From a virus (taxonomy: Duplodnaviria > Heunggongvirae > Uroviricota > Caudoviricetes), in the IMG/VR virus record IMGVR_UViG_3300029471_000068: a DNA stretch of 4,925 nt. One strand, written 5' to 3'. Below, piece by piece: positions 1 to 4,925 of this stretch. Numbering within the stretch: position 1 is the stretch's first letter; each line of letters starts with the position of its first letter. Below the pieces are notes generated by a model. It saw only the letters and a program-made list of their open reading frames with translations. It ran no database searches and was not told where the DNA came from. The position numbers and the translations under genes are program-made.

Positions 1-296
1 GGCTGTTGCTTCACACACCTTTCCAGCGCCCGCTCCACACGCAGCACGTTGGAGATCAGCCCTTCCGCTGCCTGTCGTTCCGTAATGGTTTTGCCGGGAA
101 TGACGCCCGATGTATTACCAATGCCGTCGGTCCAGACACCCGCGCTGCACTGATACGGCTGCAGACGACAGCCTTCGTAATCGGCAATCAGTTTCAGCCC
201 CTCCACGGAGGTGTGAAGCTGCTGAAAACCCGGCAGCATGGCAGCAATAGCCAGCACGGTCCCGACAAGGCAGCGTTTAACGATTGATGGATTCAT
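1..296 (-). CDS. Phage endolysin, GH24 lysozyme with N-terminal signal-anchor-release (SAR) domain; 3' end lies beyond the window start (partial)
   Basis: Hand translation of the minus strand from ATG 296..294 gives MNPSIVKRCLVGTVLAIAAMLPGFQQLHTSVEGLKLIADYEGCRLQPYQCSAGVWTDGIGNTSGVIPGKTITERQAAEGLISNVLRVERALERCVKQQP. The Gly/Ala-rich weakly hydrophobic N-terminus and the E-G-C ... C ... D-G-I-G-N-T block closely resemble P1 Lyz-type SAR lysozymes as I recall them. GGAGG lies just upstream of the ATG. The start overlaps the 3' end of the upstream holin gene. Not in the supplied ORF track because it is open at the window edge. Confidence 0.8.
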   Translation of the reverse strand, partial: MNPSIVKRCLVGTVLAIAAMLPGFQQLHTSVEGLKLIADYEGCRLQPYQCSAGVWTDGIGNTSGVIPGKTITERQAAEGLISNVLRVERALERCVKQQ

Positions 297-492
297 AGTC
301 CTCCCGCGAGATCTGCCCGTCGCGCAGAAGCTGGTAGGCTTTGTGTTTGTAGTACCAGTTGATAGCCAGCATCAGCACACCAATCATCAGGCCGCCCAGC
401 GTTGAGGCATCCTTGATGGACAAATCGCCCAGCCAGGCCAGCACGACGGCGATGCAATACGTGATAAAGGCGCTGATTCGCTCAAGCGTCAT
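277..492 (-). CDS. Putative class II holin or pinholin (71 aa, two predicted transmembrane helices, charged C-terminus)
   Basis: ORF 277..492 (-). Two hydrophobic segments (ISAFITYCIAVVLAWLG and LGGLMIGVLMLAINWYY) are followed by a K/R/D/E-rich tail. It sits between tail gene X and the endolysin, which is the holin slot of the P2 lysis cassette. Size and topology resemble the phage 21 S21 pinholin. The call rests on position and topology, not on sequence identity. Confidence 0.6.
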   Translation of the reverse strand: MTLERISAFITYCIAVVLAWLGDLSIKDASTLGGLMIGVLMLAINWYYKHKAYQLLRDGQISREDYESINR

Positions 493-495
493 AAT

Positions 496-699
496 TCAGT
501 CCCATAGCTGGACGGTCTGCACGGTGGTGGTGGTCGGAATGTCCGGCAGCTCCACCTGCAGCCCGTGAGGTAAAAAGGGGCCGTGTTCGGCAAGCCCCGG
601 ATTTGCCTTCAGTACCTGCTCCGTGACACCCTGCGTGCGCCCGTAATGACGCCAGCAAAGCGCGTCCACCGTGTCATACTGATGCGCACGCACTTTCAT
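496..699 (-). CDS. X: P2-type tail protein X (small LysM-like tail/baseplate protein)
   Basis: ORF 496..699 (-), 67 aa: MKVRAHQYDTVDALCWRHYGRTQGVTEQVLKANPGLAEHGPFLPHGLQVELPDIPTT. It matches the recalled P2 gpX pattern (GDTLDAIC-RYYGRT-G-VE-VL-ANPGLAE-G--LPHG--VELPD). Its ATG overlaps the gpL stop as ATGA (699-701). Confidence 0.85.
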   Translation of the reverse strand: MKVRAHQYDTVDALCWRHYGRTQGVTEQVLKANPGLAEHGPFLPHGLQVELPDIPTTTTVQTVQLWD

Positions 700-1163
700 C
701 AGATAAGCTCCACTGTGCAGTGCGGCGCATCCTGCACCCGGCTGATGGCCCAGCGGGCGTCACGCCACAAATCACCGCTTGCTTCCGCCAGTTCCTCGCC
801 CCGCTTCACACCGGACGCCGTGGCGTCATAGTCCTGGTAACGTTCGTTGAGCATGGCGCGTGCCCAGCAGTAAACCGCGTTGAAATAGTGCTGAATGCGC
901 TCACTTTTGCCGTCCAGCTGTTCCGCCGGAACCTCTGCCAGCGAGGCATACCCCAGCATCTGCTGGCGTCTGCGAAACTCATACAGCTCTGCGTTGACCT
1001 CCGAAATTGCCGACAGCGCAACCTGCTTTAAACGCGGCTGCGTCACCGTGCCGTCAGTGCGCATCACGCTGCGAAACTCCGACAGGTCCACATCAGGCCA
1101 GAACGGCGTATTCCTGATGATTTCCGCCTGTTCCGGTGCCTGTTCTGGCGCAACAAACTTCAT
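699..1163 (-). CDS. L: P2-type head completion/stabilisation protein gpL
   Basis: Minus-strand ORF ending NAELYEFRRRQQ...LAEVPAEQLDG...ELWRDARWAISRVQDAPHCTVELI, which matches recalled P2 gpL (NAELYEYREQK...LADVPADDIDG...ELWRDMRWAVARIQGKPRCIVSQI). Start placed at ATG 1163..1161, preceded by AGGAGA with a 7-nt spacer. The ORF track extends to a GTG at 1226 with no obvious SD, so the start is ambiguous by 63 nt. Confidence 0.85.
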   Translation of the reverse strand: MKFVAPEQAPEQAEIIRNTPFWPDVDLSEFRSVMRTDGTVTQPRLKQVALSAISEVNAELYEFRRRQQMLGYASLAEVPAEQLDGKSERIQHYFNAVYCWARAMLNERYQDYDATASGVKRGEELAEASGDLWRDARWAISRVQDAPHCTVELI

Positions 1164-1258
1164 GCTGCTTTCTCCTGAAATAGAGGGCGGTGGACGGGGT
1201 TTTGATGTGGCAGTGCCTTTCGCCACCCCGTGCCGCCCGTGCGCGGGGGCACGTTCTG

Positions 1259-1900
1259 TCAGCGGCTGTCATTGCGCAGTCTGCGCTCCAGCTGCTGTTT
1301 GTCTTTTTTCACGCCACAGCGGGGATCGAGCTGTAACGCATGGTTGAGATGATTAAGGGCGGAAGCCGGGTTGCTTTCACTCAGGACAGCGCCAATCGCT
1401 TTATGCAGACGCGCCCGTGACTGGTCCGGCATATCCAGACCGTCTGNNNNNNNNNNAGCTCCAGCGTCTGCAGCAACAGATCGGCATCAAAGCCGGTGGC
1501 GGCAAGCATTGCGCTCTGCGCCGCGTCTGCCATTTCCTCTGCCAGCACGGTCTGCACGTTGCGGTTACCCAGCGGCATCACCCAGCCATGACGCAGGGCA
1601 TGACGCCCGATCTCCAGCGCCCCGGCATAATCTCCGGCATCAATGCGCCACAGCATCACGTACATCAGCACGTCATCCTGCTGAGCGCCTCCGGCAGCCA
1701 GGACGCCCTCCGCCCAGGCGGCATATTTCGGCAACAGCTCCACCTTGATTTCCGCTTTTTTCACCGTGGACTGAACGCCCTTGAGACGGCGGCGGTCTTC
1801 CGCCAGTTGCAGCAGCATCAGGTCATAGCCCGACGCGTGGCGAACGCTGCCGCCCTCGCGGGCGGCCTGTTCAGCCTGAACGTGCGGGACTCAGGCTCAT
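1259..1900 (-). CDS. M: P2-type terminase small (endonuclease) subunit gpM; reading frame disrupted as given (apparent 1-nt frameshift near 1883-1886 and a 10-nt N-gap at 1447-1456)
   Basis: Three collinear pieces. (a) ATG 1900..1898 with GGAG upstream, 4 nt from the gpN stop, gives MSLSPA (compare P2 M start MTSPAQ as recalled). (b) Frame ending at 1818 and extending upstream without any start codon gives HVQAEQAAREGGSVRHASGYDLMLLQLAEDRRRLKG...GGAQQDDVLMYVMLWRIDAGDYAGALEIGRHALRHG...LLLQTLE. (c) After the gap, DGLDMPDQSRARLHKAIGAVLSESNPASALNHLNHALQLDPRCGVKKDKQQLERRLRNDSR with stop TGA at 1261..1259. Together these align along the recalled P2 gpM sequence. Confidence 0.8.
1447..1456. other. 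Assembly gap (10 N) inside gpM
   Basis: Run of n. gpM continues in a different frame on the far side, so the N count is not the true length. Confidence 0.95.
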
Positions 1901-1903
1901 GGG

Positions 1904-2962
1904 TTACGCTCCGGCTTCTGCTGCAGCGGCGCTGAAATCGCCAATCTGGATGTTTTCCACCAGTGCGGCGCAGCGGTAGTCCTCAACCACATAGGCTTCG
2001 TTAACGGATTCAAAATTTTCAATCCGGTCACGTTTCGGGTTGTCGATAACTGAACGGCGGCGGGTGTCTTCCTGCCAGTAGATGGACAGGTTATCCAGAC
2101 GGGTGATCAGCAGCGCATTCGGCGGGAAGAACGGCGCACGCACGGCCTGCAGGCCACCCATGCGTTTCTGACTGATGATCATATCGGCAGCCAGTTTTTC
2201 ACTGTTTTCCTGCTCTTTGTTGACCAGCGGGAAATACTTGTCAGACAGCAGTTCACGACCGCAAATCACCACCAGATCGTCATCGTCCTGGTAGACCACA
2301 TCGATAAGCTCATTGACGGCATCCATCACTACGGCGTCCAGGTTGGCATATTCGCCACCTTTCCCGACTTTCACCGCGCCCGGAGTGGTTTCACCGCCCG
2401 TGGTGGTGCTGCCCATGACGTGATCCGGTGCATCCTCACGGATTTTCTGCAGCCAGCCTTTGTTAACATCCTGCAGCAGCGGGTTTTCACTACGGTTGGA
2501 GGTTTTCGCACGCTTCACGCCGTTAAAGCCGATCATGATGCGGTCCAGTGCCTGACGTTTCACGATGGCGTCACGGATGCGCACCTGGAAATCCTGAAAC
2601 TTCGCCCACAGGTCCAGCTTCGCGTAGGTCAGCACCGTGTCAAAGTTGGTCTGCTCGCATTTATATTCCACATCGACCATCAGCGTCGGATCGACAGGTT
2701 CACGCTCTTTCGCGGTGGTGTCAGTGGTTCCGGCAATGGTGCTGCCAACACCCAGCCCCAGCAGCTGACCGGACTGCTCAGTCACTGGCGTGACGTTAAT
2801 CAGCGTCAGGAAAGCGGCGGACTGCTGGATCTGGTCTTCCAGCGTCTGCTGCACAGACGGCTCCACGGTGAACTTGCTGGACAGTTCTTCAACTGCCACA
2901 CCGTTCAGACGCGCCAGCTGCTGCAGGTAAGCGTTAAAAGCAAAGCGGGTATTCTTCTTCAT
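1904..2962 (-). CDS. N: P2-type major capsid protein gpN
   Basis: ORF 1904..2962 (-), 352 aa: MKKNTRFAFNAYLQQLARLNGV...KFTVEPSVQQTL...RIRDAIVKRQALDRIMIGFNGVKRAKTS...NPLLQDVNKGWLQK...GKGGEYANLDAVVMDA...VVICGRELLSDKYFPLVNKEQENSEKLAADMIISQKRMG...NLSIYWQ...YVVEDY...GDFS. Near-collinear with recalled P2 gpN (MRQETRFKFNAYL...FTVEPSVTQTL...). ATG 2962 is preceded by GGAG. Confidence 0.95.
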   Translation of the reverse strand: MKKNTRFAFNAYLQQLARLNGVAVEELSSKFTVEPSVQQTLEDQIQQSAAFLTLINVTPVTEQSGQLLGLGVGSTIAGTTDTTAKEREPVDPTLMVDVEYKCEQTNFDTVLTYAKLDLWAKFQDFQVRIRDAIVKRQALDRIMIGFNGVKRAKTSNRSENPLLQDVNKGWLQKIREDAPDHVMGSTTTGGETTPGAVKVGKGGEYANLDAVVMDAVNELIDVVYQDDDDLVVICGRELLSDKYFPLVNKEQENSEKLAADMIISQKRMGGLQAVRAPFFPPNALLITRLDNLSIYWQEDTRRRSVIDNPKRDRIENFESVNEAYVVEDYRCAALVENIQIGDFSAAAAEAGA

Positions 2963-2989
2963 CGGGTTTTGTGCTCCATCAGCAATTGG

Positions 2990-3828
2990 TCAGAGTGTCA
3001 ACGGGGNNNNNNNNNNNNNNNNNNNNNNNNNNNNNNNNNNNNNNNNNNNNNNNNNNNNNNNNNNNNNNNNNNNCACCAGTTCGTTAAAGGCGGTCAGCTG
3101 TGCCTGCAGGGCAGTCTCCAGCTCAGACAGGCGTTCTTCCTGCTCAGACAGGGATTTTTCGGTGCGTGCGCTCAGGTTCTGCTGCTCAGTGGCGACCAGC
3201 TCCACGGCCTTATGCACATCAGAGAACCGGGCGTCATCGGACCGCTCTTTTTTGGTAAACAGCGCCGTGACGCGGGCAAACAGGGACGGTTTGTCGTCCT
3301 GGATTTCTTCCAGTTCGATCACCGTTTCCTCTGCAGCGGTAAAGAGATTGGCAGGATTCTGTTTGCGGTTTGCCAGCGGGTTATGGGCTGCACTGGCGCT
3401 GAATGTCAGCATTTCAGTGCCCAGACTGGCGGGATCATCAGTGGCGGCCAGGCCAACCAGGTAGGCTTTGCCCGTATCAGCAAACTTCGGGCTGACTTCC
3501 ATAGAGGTGAATAATTTCTGGCCTTTTTTCACCAGTTCCACCAGGGACTCCGTTGGCTCAACGTCGGCATACAGCGCCATCTTGCCTGCNNNNNNNNNNN
3601 NNNNNNNNNNNNNNNNNNNNNNNNNNNNNNNNNNNNNNNNNNNNNNNNNNNNNNNNNNNNNNNNNNNNNNNNNAGATAAGACTTGATGTGCTCAAGGTTA
3701 ATCAGCGCGGTGTACACCGTCGGGTTGTAGCTGGCTGCCATCTGTTCCAGCCATTCACGCTGGATTTCGCGTCCGTCGGTGGTGGCACCTTCCACCCCGA
3801 TGCGAAAACGCTTTGCTTTCACTGTCAT
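2990..3828 (-). CDS. O: P2-type capsid scaffolding protein gpO; interrupted by two N-gaps (3007-3073, 3590-3673), exact 3' end uncertain
   Basis: N-terminal piece from ATG 3828: MTVKAKRFRIGVEGATTDGREIQREWLEQMAASYNPTVYTALINLEHIKSY. Central piece: ...[39 protein letters not shown]...HNPL...SDDARFSDVHKAVELVATEQQNLSARTEKSL. Both match recalled P2 gpO (FRIGVEGDT-DGR...[57 protein letters not shown]). The two pieces are in different frames across the 84-N gap. The stop at 2990-2992 lies after the 67-N gap, so its frame is unverified. Confidence 0.85.
3007..3073. other. Assembly gap (67 N) inside the 3' part of gpO
   Basis: Run of n within the gpO coding region. Confidence 0.95.
3590..3673. other. 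Assembly gap (84 N) inside the 5' part of gpO
   Basis: Run of n. The flanking gpO segments are in different frames although 84 is a multiple of 3, so the gap length is an estimate. Confidence 0.95.
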
Positions 3829-3970
3829 GAGCCGTGCTCCGTTAGAAAAAACTTACTGGAGCCTTATGGTTGCGGTGATGGGGGCAGTGAAACAATGCGC
3901 GGTATTTGTACCGGCAACCACACAAACCGCAGGCGGGGAAAGCCTTCATTCAAGGTTGTAGGTTTGTGCC
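3829..3970. promoter_or_regulatory. Divergent late-promoter control region between gpO (minus) and gpP (plus)
   Basis: 142-bp non-coding spacer between two divergently oriented morphogenetic genes, which is where P2 places its O and P late promoters. It contains the TGT-N12-ACA dyad listed separately. A CATAAG -10-like hexamer lies on the minus strand about 3863-3868, and GGAG lies 8 nt upstream of the gpO ATG. Confidence 0.55.
3907..3924. promoter_or_regulatory. TGT-N12-ACA dyad: candidate binding site for an Ogr/Delta-family zinc-finger late activator
   Basis: Sequence TGTACCGGCAACCACACA at 3907-3924 fits exactly the TGT-N12-ACA element described for P2/P4 late promoters, normally centred near -55. 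Its centre (about 3915) is roughly 55-60 bp upstream of a plausible minus-strand start site near 3856-3860 for the O-N-M-L operon. Confidence 0.45.
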
Positions 3971-4399
3971 ATGAACACCACACTGACACCCGCAGATCTC
4001 GATCCCCGTCGGCAGGCCATGCTGCTGTACTTTCAGGGATACCGCGTAGCCCGCATTGCTGAAATGCTGGGCGAGAAAGTTGCAACCGTTCACAGCTGGA
4101 AAAAACGCGACAAGTGGGGTGACTATGGGCCGCTGGATCAGATGCAGCTCACCACCGCCGCACGCTACTGCCAGCTCATCATGAAGGAGCACAAAGAAGG
4201 GAAAGATTTCAAAGAGATTGACCTGCTGGCGCGCCAGTCGGAGCGCCACGCGCGGATCGGCAAGTTTAACAATGGCGGCAACGAAGCCGACTTAAACCCT
4301 AACGTCGCCAACCGCAATAAAGGCCCACGCCGTCAGCCGGAAAAGAATGTTTTCACCGATGAGCAGATTGAGAAGCTGGAAGAAATGGAGGAGATTTAG
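3971..4399 (+). CDS. P: P2-type terminase large (ATPase) subunit gpP, N-terminal 142 codons only; truncated by the junction with foreign sequence
   Basis: ORF 3971..4399 (+): MNTTLTPADLDPRRQAMLLYFQGYRVARIAEMLGEKVATVHSWKKRDKWG...DFKEIDLLARQSERHARIGKFNNGGNEADLNPNVANRNKGPRRQPEKNVFTDEQIEKL. This matches the conserved N-terminus of P2-family terminase ATPase subunits (DPRR-A-LLYW-G; KEIDLL-RQ-ERLARV; GGNEADLNP-ANRNKGPRR-PEKN). Full-length homologues are roughly 590 aa; here a stop follows at 4397-4399 and the downstream DNA is unrelated. Confidence 0.85.
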   Translation: MNTTLTPADLDPRRQAMLLYFQGYRVARIAEMLGEKVATVHSWKKRDKWGDYGPLDQMQLTTAARYCQLIMKEHKEGKDFKEIDLLARQSERHARIGKFNNGGNEADLNPNVANRNKGPRRQPEKNVFTDEQIEKLEEMEEI

Positions 4400-4744
4400 A
4401 TGGGAAGAGAATTGTTGAAGATGGCGGATGGGTTTGCTTTGGTTGCGGAGAGCCTGCGGGAGTTGGCGGGACAGGCTGTGGAAGAAGCAAAGGCGGAGAT
4501 GAAGCAGGAGAGCAAAACAGAGAAAGGCACAGCAGATAAGAACACAGCCAGAGTAAAAGTGGATAAGAAAAAAGAGGAACAGAAGGTGGCTGTGGAGGAT
4601 ATCCGTGTGGTTCTGGCGGAGAAGTCACAGGAGGGAAAAACTAAGGAAATTAAGGAACTGCTGGGAAAATACGGGGTGGCAAAGCTGTCTGCCGTGGAGG
4701 AGAAAGATTATCCGGCGCTGCTTGCGGAAGCGAAGGTGCTGTGA
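4400..4744 (+). CDS. Hypothetical K/E-rich 114-aa protein of foreign (Firmicutes-like) origin; function unknown
   Basis: ORF 4400..4744 (+), preceded by GGAGGAG with a 6-nt spacer. Coding strand is strongly purine-rich and uses AGA (Arg), GGA/GGG (Gly) and TTG (Leu), unlike the rest of the window. I do not recognise the protein. Its stop overlaps the next ATG (TGATG at 4742-4746). Confidence 0.5.
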   Translation: MGRELLKMADGFALVAESLRELAGQAVEEAKAEMKQESKTEKGTADKNTARVKVDKKKEEQKVAVEDIRVVLAEKSQEGKTKEIKELLGKYGVAKLSAVEEKDYPALLAEAKVL

Positions 4745-4925
4745 TGGGGAGACATGCGCTGTTATCTGCTTCTTCCTCCAAGCGGTGGCTGAACTGTACA
4801 CCGTCTGCAAGGCTGGAGGAGCAGTTCACGGGAGAAACCGGGAGCGTATATGCGGAGGAAGGCACTGCCGCCCATGCCCTGGCGGAGCATAAGCTGAAAC
4901 GGCTGTTGAAGCGGCGTTCCAAGCG
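4744..4925 (+). CDS. N-terminus of a putative DUF2800-family PD-(D/E)XK nuclease (phage replication/recombination module); continues beyond the window end (partial)
   Basis: Hand translation from ATG 4744: MGRHALLSASSSKRWLNCTPSARLEEQFTGETGSVYAEEGTAAHALAEHKLKRLLKRRSK. The HALLSASS--RWLNC-PSARL ... AEEGT-AH pattern matches, from memory, the conserved N-terminus of DUF2800 proteins found in Firmicutes phages and ICEs. Open at the window edge, so absent from the ORF track. Confidence 0.5.
   Translation, partial: MGRHALLSASSSKRWLNCTPSARLEEQFTGETGSVYAEEGTAAHALAEHKLKRLLKRRSK

Noticed and set aside
6-287. Plus-strand ORF (93 aa) at the left edge
   Set aside because: Antisense to the SAR endolysin, whose translation is clearly lysozyme-like. 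No ribosome-binding site or recognisable domain.
359-831. Plus-strand ORFs 359..568 and 583..831
   Set aside because: Antisense to the holin, gpX and gpL genes, with no start-site support or recognisable domain.
895-1347. Plus-strand ORFs 895..1347 and 720..1031, and minus ORF 806..1021
   Set aside because: They overlap gpL on the opposite strand or in another frame, with Ser/Cys/Arg-rich translations and no homology I recognise. gpL accounts for the region.
1417-1935. Plus-strand ORF (172 aa) and overlapping ORF 1371..1748
   Set aside because: Antisense to gpM, Arg/Pro/Ala/His-rich low-complexity translation, crosses the N-gap. Shadow ORFs.
2420-3514. Long plus-strand ORF (364 aa) spanning the gpN/gpO region
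   Set aside because: It is antisense to two strongly supported capsid genes, runs through an N-gap (X residues) and has a low-complexity Q/L/R/G-rich translation with no recognisable domain. Treated as a shadow ORF of the real minus-strand genes.
3468-4062. Plus-strand ORFs 3468..3686 and 3553..4062 bridging the 84-N gap
   Set aside because: Most of their length is N-derived X residues. They are antisense to gpO and cross the promoter region.
3864-4249. Minus-strand ORFs 3864..4085 and 3950..4249 within the gpP region
   Set aside because: Antisense to the terminase N-terminus, no homology I recognise. They would also run into the promoter region.
4353-4922. Minus-strand Pro/Ser/Leu-rich ORFs (4353..4628, 4625..4810, 4650..4922)
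   Set aside because: They are the reverse complement of the purine-rich foreign coding strand, so the Pro/Ser/Leu richness is a compositional artefact. The plus-strand ORFs have ribosome-binding sites and translational coupling.
1-4925. Searched for CRISPR repeats, tRNA/rRNA genes, IS inverted repeats and a cos site
   Set aside because: No spaced direct-repeat array, no tRNA-like cloverleaf region and no terminal inverted repeats flanking the junction were evident by eye. The P2 cos site lies beside gene Q, which is not in this window.

Overview
Most of this window (about 1-4380) is the head-morphogenesis and lysis region of a P2-family (Peduovirus-like) enterobacterial prophage, recognised from the ORF translations and from P2 gene order as I recall it. 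On the minus strand, from high to low coordinates, lie capsid scaffold gpO, major capsid gpN, terminase small subunit gpM, head completion gpL, tail protein gpX, a 71-aa two-TMD holin and a SAR-type GH24 endolysin that runs off the left edge. A 142-bp divergent control region (3829-3970) carries TGT-N12-ACA dyads of the P2 late-promoter type. The terminase large subunit gene gpP starts on the plus strand at 3971 but stops after only 142 codons at 4399. From about 4385 onward the DNA is compositionally foreign: purine-rich coding strand, AGA/AGG/GGA/TTG codons, a GGAGGAG Shine-Dalgarno. It encodes a K/E-rich 114-aa protein and the N-terminus of what looks like a DUF2800-type PD-(D/E)XK nuclease typical of Firmicutes phage replication modules. 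I see no coherent novel system here; the junction is either a genuine inter-phylum mosaic or, more likely, a chimeric contig. Three N-runs (1447-1456, 3007-3073, 3590-3673) interrupt gpM and gpO and do not preserve reading frame, and gpM has an apparent 1-nt frameshift near its 5' end, so this is draft-quality sequence. No tRNA, rRNA or CRISPR array was seen. All homology statements are from memory of these protein families, not from a search.
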